A DNA stretch of 64,000 nucleotides from Zygnema circumcarinatum SAG 698-1b (Eukaryota > Plantae > Zygnematophyceae), in assembly GCA_037447605.1 (NCBI GenBank), contig CM074808.1:992001-1056000 (forward strand), given 5' to 3'. This document shows, one piece after another, positions 22,580-35,551 of this stretch (positions are counted from its first letter, which is position 1; each line of letters opens with the position of its first letter). Under the pieces are notes generated by a model, which ran no database searches, had not been told where the DNA came from, and saw nothing but the letters and a program-made list of their open reading frames with translations. Both the position numbers and the translations under genes were made by a program.

Positions 22580-25500
22580 TCACCTTATCCGGAGTTTCAG
22601 CTGTACACTCGAACAGTGCAGGTGCTCTAGCCACAGCGAGACATGCGAGTGCAAACGAGACGAGTGATGGGAATATTGTTCTTTCAATTTCTGAGCAAGC
22701 GCAGGATCAAAAGTCCTGTAGACGGTATCCCAAGGAGAGCATTGTTCGCACATGGAAGACAGGAAACCTTCAAATTGAGCTCCATAGTTCCAAACGATGG
22801 ACGCATTTGTTCCAAGCGATTGGCCGACATTCTTGACAAAAGACATGGTTTCTGCTCTTTCCCTACCCCTCATGAGTTGCCTTCCGACTATCGTAGCTTT
22901 TTATATAGCAGCCTTTGAATGAGAGCAGTCTTAGCCTTTACATAACGTATCGGTGGATTGACACTACCCCCGGGTGTCATTCAAGTACTTCTGCCTGTAT
23001 TATACAAGAATTCCTAATAGACAATCTGATCTGCTCTCTCATATAACAGAAGACTATGCGGCTGAGGGGAAATACAAAAAAATAAAAAAGCCAGTAACTC
23101 GTCAAAACTAGCTGTGTGAGAGTGACGGGCTTTTGGAGGTCAATCATCCTCAACCGCATTACGTTCAGTCTACATGCGAAAAAAGGAATAATTCAAACAC
23201 CTAAAAACGGCCTATACAACCCACACAGAAATTCCGCAGAGCGTTGTTTTGCATGTTTCATGGCGAATGACGCTTCTCCTTCAGCTCCGCAGCCTTTCTT
23301 ATGGCAATTCTGCAAGATTTCTTGAGGTAAGTTTCTCACCTACTACTTTCGTTGCAAAATCACACAAACATACCCAGGTTCACGCCATGAGCCTCCATGG
23401 AATCTTCAGGTTTGCTGAACCCCTCAGTTGTCACCTTGGGCCTGGGTGGCGGGGATACAAGTTTGGGCTGCCAAAAGTTGAGGATGCAGTTGAGGATGAG
23501 TTTTCCCACTTATCAAGTGAGGAGCTCGGGCTGAGTGTTAAACTTTCAGTCCCAGAAGGGCACTCCTGGCGAGGAGTTTCAGTTCCACTCACTCCTTCCC
23601 AATGAGAGAGCTTTTCTCCCTTGGTGTTGTGTGGGATATGCGACCCAGCGTCTTCGGAGTGACTCCCCGCCCCCTGTTTCGCTTCAGAAAGGAGAGACAC
23701 TTGGTCGTCACCCTCTACAGCTCTTAGAAAGTTTTCCGCTGTCTCTATTTCGTCCTTGGAAAGAGCTCGTTTATGCCTTCTTTGAAGAAGACTCTCCTGC
23801 ATCCAAGACAATAGACAGCGTATTGAAAACATTTTATTTCGGCTACCGTACAGCTCAACAAAGGCCTGTTAATACTACACTGGCAAAGTGTATCTAAACT
23901 TATCCCTGGCCCTTCTGCCTGTATCGAGCTACTGGGCGTCTGCATTAGACAAGCTAAAACTCACCAGTTTCACGCTAGATAAGGGGTAGAACTCCTCTCA
24001 AAAGGCTGTAAAGTGAGAGAAGAGTTACCCAGTCAATTAATTGTCTCGACGACGTCCATTTCCTATTTGTCAGTTGTAGTAGGAGGAAAAGCAACACATC
24101 CTCCAGACTCGCTGATGATGTCTAAAGATGAGGTTCGTCATCATAGTAACTGAAGGAGGCAGCAGAAGCACGTACCGCCTGTTGAGCCAGAACATTCGGC
24201 GAAAGCTTTTCTCTGCCCACTGACTGTCTCGCGTGCTTTGATGCCTGCAGCTCTTGCATCAATGTCTTACGCATCCATCTGAAATAGGCCAGCTCCTCTG
24301 CTTCTGAAGCACCTTGAAATTCGTTCTCCTCTAATTCCTCCAGGAGTTTCCAAATTCGATTAGGTATTTCAATTGGCTGGTCCAGCTCAGCCCTCTGCTC
24401 CGCACCTCTCTGCAGCAAAATTATGGACTCCTTAAGTCAGTGTAATGAAAGCGAAATCCTCTCAGATCATCAGAATGGCAGATGTGCTTAAAGACTACAG
24501 GAATGGACAGTCACGCGCTGGACGAGAGAACCAATTTGCACTATCTGATCCAATTGCAAAATGAATAATTAGAGAAAGGTCATAATGACAGTGACTGGTA
24601 GTGACAGGAAAAACTGACTCCAGAGTCAGAAGGTCCATGCTATCCACCTGGTTCACCAGCAATACCAGCTCCCGCGCCTCATCCTCCAGCTCCTTGTTTG
24701 ATTTTGCCATCCACCCTACCTTTGCCAACAACACTTTATTAGTTTTTTTCAGTTTAGTGACCTCCCGATCCAACTGCTTCACCTGGGCTTCCCCAGTCTC
24801 AAGCTTCCCTTCCAGTTCACCATTCTTTCCCTGCAAACGAGCCACCATCGCTTCCAACTCCTCCTCACGCTTGGTAGCATCTGAATCATTAATGCAAGCG
24901 AGAGCTATCTTAAGTTGAGAATTTTTGTGTGCCAACTGCTCCATTAGGGTAGCCTCAGATGATTTCAACTTTTCCAGCATCTCCTCAGCCTTGTCAGCCC
25001 GTGCTCTTTCTGTGGCTGCCTTTGTCCTCTCTAAGGCTACTTTTTGACCCAAGTCTGAAGCTGTTCGCCACAATTGGCTCAATTCTTCTCTCTGCCTCCT
25101 CAACTGCAGTTTCCTTTCGGTAGCAGCTGCATCCAGTTCTAACAGCATCTTCTCCAATTTTGCCAGCCGTTCTGCTTGACGCGATGCATCGGCCATACTC
25201 ATCTTCTCATCAATTTCACTAGTCAAAACTCTGTTTTCATCGTCCCAATGTCCTTCAGTACATCTTTGTCCAGTAGCTTTCTCATTGTTCCACTCCACTG
25301 CCATATGTGTGGCAGTACCTCTTGAACTACCAGGTTTCTGATCCAAAGGTGCTGCAGCTGGGAGACGATCGGAGACGATAGACACAAGCCCAGGAAGATC
25401 TGATTGAAGGTCTATGAGCTGCCTGCGCTCAGTATCCAGCTCAAGGGCCCTTTCATCATGCCGTTGAGCGAGGTTGCGGACAACATCATTAAGCTTCTGA

Positions 25501-27508
25501 AGTTCTTTCTCCTCTTCAAATGACCTTCCTCCAACCTCTTTACCTATCTCTCCAACTGTTTCTTCTGCTATAGTCACCAAACAATTCTCACGATTTCGCT
25601 TTGTAAAATGTGTACTGGCGTTTAGACCCTGGCATAAAACGATTCAGGCAGGCGCGAAGTCATTACAGAGAACGACATGTGCCTGGGCGAGCCAAAGGCA
25701 TCGAAAGCAGGGGACTTTCACTTTGAAGTTGCAGAGACATACAGGCTTGAACAATGCATCACCTTAAAAAGCAAAGTTTGACGACACGTGAAACTTCAAC
25801 TTCAAATGTGAAATGCATTAGTTTTGCAGGAAGCCAATATCCAGGCAATGTCTCCTCTTCTAACATATTTGCGATGCATCCTCTTCTTTGGAAATAACAG
25901 CCATATAAATTTAATGACCAGACATGAAGCTTGAGATTAGGGAGCAGCTGACGGAGTTCTTACCGACAGACGACGTTGGAGGCCTGACAGGATGTCCTCC
26001 AACTCCCCCTCAATGGCTGCTTGAAGACCCTCATCCCAGCCGGAGGGGCTACCACCTCTAAGTAAGCCTTCACTACCTCCATCTACGATTTCGTTCTCAT
26101 CTGTGTATCCACTGTCCTTCTCAAGGTTGCCCATTTCCTCATTGACAGTATCTGCACAAATTTCAAAATTTCCAATCAATATCCACATCTTCATTAAGAA
26201 GAACTTGCAATGTTGTAACCAATGCTGCAGAAGTGTGAGAACTCAGTGGTATTTTTCTGCTCATCCTCTACCAATGGTGACGCTATTTCCAACATGCCCA
26301 TCAAACACTTAGTCTACGGCAGCAGTCAGTTTTTCGGCCAGCTTTGTGCCATCACCTGAATATGCTTCGATCGTCTCACCGACATCGTTAAGTGCATTCA
26401 CATCAACGAGTCCTGCTTCCGTTCTGCACTTCTCTTCCGATCCGGCCTGGTGTGCGTCTCCTTCAGCTTCCGTAGTAGTCTTTCCAACCCGGGCATTGAG
26501 TTCCAAACAATCTTGTGACTTATCAACAGGTGACGTGTTTCCGGCTCCATCAATTACCAAATGGTTCTCCAGACGTGCCCGTAAATTGACTGGTGCTACG
26601 GATTTAACCGTTTCTCCCTGCGAACCGAGATTGCATTCCAGCAATATCAGGGAGGGTACGACGAAAAAAATGTTGAAAATGACTCAAGAAATACAACAAA
26701 TGCGGTTGGATGAGCATCTGTGCATGATTTGCAGATTTCCGCAGCAGAAGCCTTTCAGAATTTTCACATGAAGACTCACTCATTAACATCTTAACCTTAC
26801 TCATTCCTGCAGACCAGTTTTCAGAAGGCCCCCAAAATTTGGAAGCAAGAAAAAAAAAAGAAAATGAAAGGAGACAGCATCTCGCTAGTTCCTTCCTGAA
26901 GATGCTTGAGAATCGAAGACAACATTCTAAACCAGTATAGATATTTGACGTTCTTCTCTTTCGCGATACAGTAATCTCTCTGAATTTTTTTTGGAAACGC
27001 TTCGAGTCAACTTGTTTCGAATTCTCATGGTGAACGTCCGAAATTCTCAAAGTTTTACTTCATATGCAAAAGCCTAACGGCATACAGCTTCATTTACCAC
27101 CCCTTATCCTACCATAGAGCTTGCTGTGTTCACTGCTACGTTTTTAAGAATTCTAACATACAGGAAGCAAAAGCGGTTTCCATACCTGCAACGAAATCTG
27201 CGGCAAACGCGCGTGAGCCGCTGCATCAGAACACGACGAGGCTTCGTAAGTGAACATCCAGTCGCTTCCTTGACAACTTTCGCAGCTAACCCTACAGGAA
27301 GAATCCAAGGACGTCAAAATGGTTTCATCATGATCATATATTCACCACTGCAGGAATCAAAAAAAGTACCTTCAGCAAGCGCAGGCTTCATATGACCCGC
27401 CAAAAGCCGCGCACAGGCGTCGGTGAAGGACGCTTTCATCCTCGTCCATCGCAGCGAAAAGAGTCCTGTCGCTACAGCGGATCGCACTCTCCTCCTCCCG
27501 TTTGCCAT
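22580..27508 (-). CDS. CHUP1/AR791-like coiled-coil protein (apparently lacking the CHUP1 C-terminal domain)
   Basis: A large coiled-coil exon (~25630-24620) ends ...REVTKLKKTNKVL...NKELEDEARELV. The next exon reads EAEELAYFRWMRKTLMQELQ...REKLSP, resembling CHUP1 EVEELVYLRWVNACLRYELR...LSP. Ser-rich downstream exons follow. One phase-0 junction was checked (TCG|gtaag ... ccag|GGT). The start (27508) and end (22580) are tentative. Confidence 0.55.
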
Positions 27509-29099
27509 CGCGTCTCCTCGCCTTCCTCCCCTCCTCTCCTCCTCCTCCTCCTCTTCCTCCCTCCTCCACCTTGATCCTGCTCGTGCTCGTGGTCCTGCTC
27601 GTGCTCCTCCTCCTCCTCCTGCTCCTGCTCCTGCTCCTGCTGGTCCTCCTCCTGCTCCTGCTGGTCCTCCTCCTCCTCCTCGTGCTCCGCCCTGCTCTTG
27701 CTCCCGCAGCACCTTCAGGACTGCGCGCCCACGAGCAGAAAAGCGCACATTCAAAACTAAGCCGGCGCCAAGTGGCGTCCGCCAATTGGTCCTGAGGCTG
27801 TCGGGCCTGGAACGGCTACAGTACCGGGCCGTACATCCGACCGTACACAGGCTTGTCTGAACCCTCGCCCGCCTTTGCGATATTTTGCATACCGACGGGA
27901 TTTTGCGGCGGACCGGCAATATCTTAAAAAATTGAAAGTTTTCGGGATCAAGAAATTTAGCTGCCCGAAGATTGGAAACACGACTTTCCATTGGTTCATA
28001 ATTGCAAAAATGTACGGTAAAAAACGTTTTTTGTGCCAAAGACCGCGGGGCGAATAAAGCCAAACTGTACGAACCCACCATTTGAATTCTCGTACCGACG
28101 ATACTCTGTACGGACACAAGACAGAAGACGACAAATTGTAACGTTCCATGTATCCAAACAATGACGGAACAGCGTTGTGGTCAACCTCTGACCGCTTTGC
28201 GCCTATCCGGGAGCACCTTTTCCATGCTGCTGACGTGGCCGTGTCGGTGGCCCGCCGGGCAGGGCGGGCGGGTCCTCCGACAAAAAATTCCGGAAGGTTG
28301 CCGGCGGGCTGGTCGGAGGGAGTCGTACGGACTACGTACGAAAGGCATACGGAATGTCAGTCCGGCGCTGCGATCCAGGCACCCCGGGCGACTGTGCGAC
28401 AAAATGGCCACGGAACTGGCACGTGCTCAAATTCGTACCCCGCAGTTCCGTTTCTCGTCCCCATGGACAGCGTTTCTGTGCGGGTCAGATTCATAGTTTT
28501 TAGACTGAACGCGAAACTGTCAACAAGGCCATCATGAAAACGAAGGATGCTATTGGAGCAAGGAGGTCCCCCATGACATGGCATCACATGGCATCCATCA
28601 CCTTATGATGAGATAAAATGAGAAATTTGACACTAGCGGCTGCTTACGCCTCCAACAGGACGTGCTTGCAAGAAGCAATCTAGTGCCAGTGCAGGTTCAT
28701 TACTAAGCTAGGGGAGGACGCGCCTCGCTACAGTTCATGATGACGATGATCAGTCTCTCTATTCTCGTGTACTATACATCTAATAATTTGTACAGAACTC
28801 CCATTCCGTTAGCTTTACTGGCAGCCTTAGTCCACCAGAACAAGAGTTCTTATGCATCCTACCTGCTCCTCCCCTAACTACATCAGAGTAGAGACTTTAA
28901 TGCCTTGCCTGCATGGCCACGTGCACGTGCCTCGCAGATACCTTAAAAAGCTATTATATCCTCACTACTACTTCAGATTCAACTTCATCTTTCCAACACA
29001 TCCCCATTCCACCACGGTTGCTAGCAAAGTGCAACCAAGACTGGGAATCGCCTCCTTTCCCCACATATAGTTCGTCGACGAGCCCCACAGCTTTCATTA

Positions 29100-32000
29100 T
29101 CATGCCGATGCAGCGACGGCAGTACCCTCCTGAGACTTGGGCCATTCTGCAGAAGCCTCTCCTGCCATTGATGGAGGGGCCGATCCTTCTTTTGAGGGAT
29201 CTGCTGCCTCTGCTTCAGCTCTCTTCTGCAGCCTTTCTGCGGAATCCCCCCCTCCCCTGCTCCAAGACTGCCCCTGTGCCCCTCCTGCTGCCCCCTTGCC
29301 CTCCTTGCCGCCCTCCTGCTTCCCTCCACTGAGCTGAACAGGGAGAGAGATTCCTGCTGCGCGTGCCTGCAACTCCAATCATCATCACACCATAAGTTCA
29401 AGTCGAGGTGATGTTCGCTGATTTCTCAACAAACTAACTTCCAATGGTAATTAAACAAGAATTTCAAGTTCATGCAGGCAGTTGGAGCCCTATAACTGCT
29501 TCAGTGCACATTCTATTTAATACACACCTTTTCCTGCAGCATCGCATTCTGTGAACTGAGAAGCGAACATCTCTCTTGCAGTTGTGCAAGCTCCTGCAGG
29601 CAAACACATAACTGCAAGCTCAGCTCTCCCCAGTCCTGAAGCAGCTTCTGTCAGTAAAGCCCCCCACTAAGCCCGATAACCATTGGCAATTATGCCGTTC
29701 CTTCAACAATATGACAAGTATATTAGTAGTCAAAAGCTCACCGTTCGCAGGGCTGTATTGTCCGTAACGAGAGTGTGCACACGTGTACTGAGATCTTCAC
29801 ACTCGGCCTGCTTACGGAGCCGCGATCTCCGAGCCGACTCCCTGTTGCTCTGCTTGCGGCGCTGCCTCTTCACCTCACGTTCATCCTGGTTAATAGATAT
29901 GCGCGAATGACTCTCACATCATGTCAACCAGGGAACATGCTTTTGCTCGGTTGACAACTACATTCACAATTCACAATTCACAATTCTCATCCAACACGTT
30001 CTGCTCAATACGACGCAGAACACATTGACAGAATGCTGACGCAGCTTCTCGACGAAGGCCAAAGAAGTGAGAATCTTGCTCTTCGCTCAGATCAAAAGTA
30101 ATCGGAGATGGGGGGGGACTGTATACACGAAAGGAAAGAAAGAATATTTGTGGAATACAGGCAGGAAAATCACCTGAAACGGCATCGTCGGACCATCGGT
30201 GTTGAGTCCTCCAGAGCTTTGACTCCGGGAAACATGAGGGCCAACCCACATATCGGGTGTATATGCGTATGTTGCAGCCCCACTACCAGTCGGTGGCGAA
30301 GCCATGGATGGACGCCCTCCCTCACTGCTTGTCAGTGTTTCATAGCTTCGCTTATTCCGCCGCATTCCGCCTTTTACCGGTGCCTGACCCTGAGAGAATA
30401 GTATGGGTCCAAACTCGTTAGAAAAGCTGCGAAAAACAGGCGCAAATCTTCGATCTAGATTCACGTCAAGCTCAATGGCCATCACCAGCAAGAGTACAAC
30501 CATAATTCTTTACGGGCCCTTGGTCTCCCTATTGAAAGGCAGGATGAATGTGGTTTCTTACCCCCGCACTTCCACTGGATGCATCCGTTGCACTCCCATC
30601 ATGCGGAGCTGCTCCTCCTGTGAGAGGGGCTGCTGCAGGAGCTGCAGTGGTCACTGCAGGCGCACTAACATTCGCTGTTTCCGTTGCTTCCTGCAAGCCA
30701 TTGCCAAGTTTTGGGTCAGCCCACCTTCTTCCCGACATGCTCAGCTGCAGCATTCTCCTGAAATAGGATACATGCAGTTGAACACATTTTGTTTTGCCTC
30801 TCATCATAAGCCGTCAGCCATACCTTGGAGGGCGCTGATGGCGTGCTGGGATAAGAGTAGGGAGACGGGGGCGGAGGATGGCCGCTCATAGTCGGAAGTT
30901 GCGTAGGATACATTGCGCCGTATGCATATGGTGAAGGGGGAGGGGCGCCATAGGCAGCCATCATGGGCTGCGATGGAGTCACCACGTCCAAAGCGAAGGG
31001 TGTCAGCTTTAGCTGTAGGAACGCACATAACACATGCATTTCATGCATTCCAAAAAGGTGCAACTTTTGGAAGGAGCCAACATTGTTCGCACACGTATAG
31101 CAATGCAACTATCAGTAGGGATGAGGGGTTAAGCAGCATATAGCATATAGCATATAGCATATAGCATATAGCATATAGCATATAGCATATAGCATATAGC
31201 CCACCTGTGGCCCCCACATGTGTGGATGATAAGGTGTCGGCATTGGTGATCCATAGTAACTTCCAGGGTGTGCATGACCTGGCGGAGCGGACTTATAGTA
31301 CGCCTGCCCAACACATGTATGAACACATACTCGCCTTAAGTCCAAGTCAAGGCACTGGTGACAAGCACACGCGTGGACGTTTCTAATTTGGGAAAAGGAC
31401 AAGAATCCAGAAAGCAGAACTAGTCCCTCAGTACAATTGCAAGCCTACTACATACAAGCCGTAGCATCGTTGACTATGAAAATGCTCTCACAATGCGCAA
31501 CAATCGGCTTTCCGATGGGTGGACAGGGCTAGTAGCAATAAAGGAGCATAATATTCGTGCAAGCAACACCACTTAAGTACCATCGCGACCTTCGGACAGC
31601 ATGCATTTGGATTCCAGCTGAACAGCATGTATACTGAACCCCAGGTTACATGTCAACAGCCGTAACAAGGCCCATGATCCAGTCTCCCCACTTACTCTTG
31701 ATAACTCCGACTTATAGTAGGGACTCATACCGCTATCTAAGAAAAGATAAACCACCCTTCAACACTCTCCTCCAAATCCCGCCTACCACAGGTTCCCTCG
31801 ATATACGCTGCAGTCCATGTTATACAGATCACAGCTTCAACTCTGGATGTCAAAACAATACTGACAGTTCGACAGTTCCAAGGAAAAACAACAGACTAAG
31901 GTACAATGCAAAATACTTCCCTGGAACATGTAGTGAATCCAGAACTCCGCCAACTATAAGGTGGTTGCCCTCAAAGTGCTGAAATGGAAACGGTGGTGAC

Positions 32001-33147
32001 CAGTGCCTAACCAAACGTACTCTCTCCTCCCTTTCACTGTGTCCCAGGTACTAATAGTGTAGCAGTGAAATGACGCAAGTAAATTACTCAAGCAACAAGA
32101 AGCCAAAGCGTGTACAAATAAGGCCGAAAGTCAGATTAAACTAGACATAACGTGTCTAGGTCTAGGCCTAGGCCTGCACAAACGAATATGTCAAACAGTG
32201 ATTCTACGAAAGGACGCAGCAAGTTAAAGCAGGGACCTTCCACAGAAACATTACAGCAGCTCTCTTTTATGAACTCCGTTACTTTTACATGTCCAAATCC
32301 TACGAGGTCAAAAGAGCAATGTCCGATAGCAGACATGCAGGTACCGCTTGAACACTTATGAAATATCAAGCAGCAGCGACTTTTTTCACGAAACCGCCTA
32401 AGCACACTATGGCATAGAACGCGTAAATAGAGATAAATCTAGTATATACCTCCATTGCCGCCGCCCAGCCATTGTAGGGCGTTTGTCCATCCTTGTTTGA
32501 GTCTCCTGCAACCAGCAACAGTCCATATGTGTCTCTTTAAAACCACTGCTCAATGACCTGTATCCAACGCTAAAGGCTAACTACAACCCACTTACCCAGA
32601 CAATGTTCAAGCGGTCCATTCCCGCAGCTAAAAGCTGACATTCACGTGCACTATGTTAATTAGCAAACAATAGCGAGTTCCTCTCTACTGATATCGCACA
32701 GCGACAGACGTAATACCTACAGCTCGAAACACACTCCCTTCTCCTGGGAATCCATCCTGCAAATTTCCACTAACTGCTCACTAGCTACATCCACCCCACC
32801 ATCACCAACAAAAACCACTACCATCCACCGTCCCGCCTTCATAACCATCCCAGCCCTCCCACCCTCCCGCCATCATCTCTCCTCATTTCCCCTCCTCTCC
32901 CCCTCCTCTTCACCTTTCCCATCCTACTCCAAAACCTAAAAGTTCACTCCCTTCACGCACCTCCCTTCTCCCCGCTCCCCTGCGCCGGCGGCGCTCCCGT
33001 CCCTGCCGCTCCCCCTTGCCCTCCCCCCTGATGCTGTTGCTGCTGCGCCGGCGGCGGCGCCTTTCCAGCCGCCATCCCCGGCATCGCGGCCAGATGCTGC
33101 CTCGCCTGCCCAGCGACCTCCCCCGCTCCGCCTACAGCGCTGCTCAT
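29100..33147 (-). CDS. GBF: Group G bZIP transcription factor (G-box binding factor, GBF/CPRF-like)
   Basis: Pro-rich MFMR-type exons (YNGWAAAME|AYYKSAPPG...[10 protein letters not shown]|[14 protein letters not shown]) and basic region [48 protein letters not shown]|[16 protein letters not shown] at ~29880-29560. ATG at 33147, stop at 29100. Confidence 0.92.
31135..31200. repeat. (AGCATAT)n heptamer tandem repeat, ~9.4 units, intronic
   Basis: Direct reading. It lies just after the 5' splice site of a GBF intron on the minus strand. Confidence 0.95.
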
Positions 33148-33755
33148 GACGCCTCTCCCCCCCCGCTCTCTCTCTCCCTTTGCCCCTCCCTCCACTCCCC
33201 ACCCCACTCCCTCCTCCCCGGCTCCCCTACTCCCCTGCTCCCCTCCCTTCCTCTCCTCCCCTCCACCTCACTCCCCGCGCGATGGCGGAGGGTCGACACG
33301 CTGGCGCTCGGCCCCCCTCCGCGCCCTCCACGCCCCCCCCCGGGCGTGAGGTGGCGCCGATCTGGCGCTCCGCTGTCACCCGCGCGCGCATCCGACGGCC
33401 CCGCGCGGCCCCACGTCAGGGCGGGGCCGGTCTTGAGGCGGGGGGCGCGCGCCGACGTGGGCCGCCCGGCCCCATTTGGACGGCCGGAAACGCCGCAACC
33501 AGCGCCGGGGATAACGCCGGAACGGGGAGCACGTTCACACGGGCGACGCGGAACCGGATCCGGCCGTGCGGAGGTGTCAGCAGGAGCCGCTGACCTGGCC
33601 GGGCGGACGGGCGCCACGTGGCGCCCCGCGGGCGCCAGGGTGGGGGGGCTGCTTCGGGAGGAGGGCCCGCGACCGCGTAGGGTAGGTCGGTGGAGCCGTG
33701 AAATTTGTAGGGGCGTGCGACGGCTCGGATTGGTCCGTGATAGGCGGTAGGAGTA

Positions 33756-35100
33756 CAGTAGACCCCCCCCAAATTTTTCGCCATGGTTTCGGCAAATATT
33801 GGGCGAAAATATTGGGTAGCGAAAATATAATAAGGGTGTCCGTGTTAACAATAGACGGGCGGTATTATGTTAGAGTTGCTGTTTGTTCGTACGTAGCGTA
33901 TCGTATCGTATCGTATCGAATCCAAGAATAAGAGGAGAGGAGCGAGCGCCTCTTACGGCAACACGTGCGGGAAGTGTCGGTGAGCCCGTAACGGCTAGTA
34001 CAGCCAGTACGGCTAGTAAGGCTAGTACAGTACGACTAATACGGCTAGTACGGCTAGTAAGGTTAGAACAGTACGGTTAATACGACCAGTACGGCTAGTA
34101 CGGCTAACACAGACTTACCGTACAAAAAAGTGGTTTTGGCAAAATCAGGGCGAAAATATTGGGTTGCGAAAATAAGAGGGGCGAAAATATTGGGGTAACT
34201 CTACTGCACCCCCGCGTTTTGTCTTTCGCACCCCCGTTTTGAAAATTTTGCCTGCCCGTTTTGGTTGCCCCCCAGTTTTGAATATTTTGGGAAAAAATCT
34301 TTTTCCCGCCCCTTTCGTCCCCTCCGCTGCCCCCCCTCGAACCATTGCGGTTGCAAAACCTTCACCCGGTTATGAAGGAACGAGGTCGACCTTCTGGCGC
34401 GCGCAATTTGGCAATCAGCCGGGACAAGAGCTATTTCGAGTACGTTGAAGGGAAAAAATGTTCCAATTGCAAGCAAGTAGGCCACAATTTAAGATCTTGC
34501 CTTAATTAGGGGTAACCTAAAAACAGAGAGTAACAGTTGCCCAACATTGGTGACCTTTGCAATTGTGTTTAAGGTTGCGTTTTTGTACTTAAGCTTAGTT
34601 TAGTTTAGTTTTTTGTTCCTAGTTTTTTTATTTTGTGCTTGTTTCATTTGCGACTAATTTCTTGTGGTTCCCATGTTGACTTTGTCCATGTTTATTTGAT
34701 GGCCTCACCATCTTGAGACCAATGCAAATCCCCTTTTCTTTTGTCGCACATTGTTGGAAGTCAATAGTGAAAAGGAGAAAACGAGGGAATGGAATGTCCC
34801 AAAAATAATGAAGGGATGGGGAATGAAAACAACCTAACTCGACGCCTCCCGGTACCCACCCATAAACTTTACCGTTAAAAGGCAACCGCGGACATAAACG
34901 AACGATCATACATTTACTTTTATCGCGTTTCGCAACAGGGGGCAGCGGAGGGGACGAAAGGGGCGGGAAAAAGATTTTTTCCCGAAATATTCAAAACTGG
35001 GGGGTACCCAAAACGGGCAGGCAAATTTTTCAAAACGGGGGTGCGAAAGACAAAACGCGGGGTTGCAGTAGAGTTACCCAAATATTGGGGGGGTCTACTG
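33756..35100. mobile_element. Non-autonomous composite DNA transposon (TA TSD, CAGTAGACCCCCCC outer TIRs, ~150-bp inner inverted repeats, zinc-knuckle transposase remnant)
   Basis: Ends read TA|CAGTAGACCCCCCC (33756) and GGGGGGGTCTACTG|TA (35100). Inner arms 34186-34335 and 34937-35086 are near-perfect reverse complements. Internal ORF 34372-34509 is MKERGRPSGARNLAISRDKSYFEYVEGKKCSNCKQVGHNLRSCLN (CX2CX4HX4C). Confidence 0.8.
33988..34107. repeat. Degenerate ~9-bp tandem array (GTACGGCTA)n inside the composite transposon
   Basis: ACGGCTAGTACAGCCAGTACGGCTAGTAAGGCTAGTACAGTACGACTAATACGGCTAGTACGGCTAG..., preceded by (CGTAT)n at ~33899-33917. Confidence 0.9.
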
Positions 35101-35551
35101 TAGGGCGTACGAATTATGTACGGGTGTACGGTCCATAGAGGGTGTGTGGGGACTGGGAGGGAGGAGAGCGAGGGCTCGTGCCTGGGATTGGCCGAACATT
35201 GTTTGCCGTGGTTGGCTGGCCAAATGTTGGTTTGCAACTACTGGCAGGTGGTTAGCTGGGGCGCAAACCAAGGATTCAATGGCTGATCCAAGGGTCCGAC
35301 CCTGAAGGGAAGGCAATCAACTAGTAATGACTCGAGTTTATGTTTTTTAATAATAATAATAATAGTGATCAACAATGAAGGCATCAAGTCCGAGAAGGGC
35401 CATCCAAAACCGAGGGCATTGGACTATGTGCAAAACAATGTTTACCGAACACGTGGGCTGAACATTGCGGAGGGTTTGTCATGTACATTGTCCCTGGAAT
35501 TGTCCAAAGCCTAAAACACAAAGCGGGAGGACGAGCCAAGGAGGGCTCATG

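Noticed and set aside
27540-27700. Glu/Gln-rich or poly-Leu reading of the (CCTGCT/CCT)n repeat
   Set aside because: The acidic frame has an upstream stop and no ATG. It is best explained as a 5' UTR microsatellite of the coiled-coil gene.
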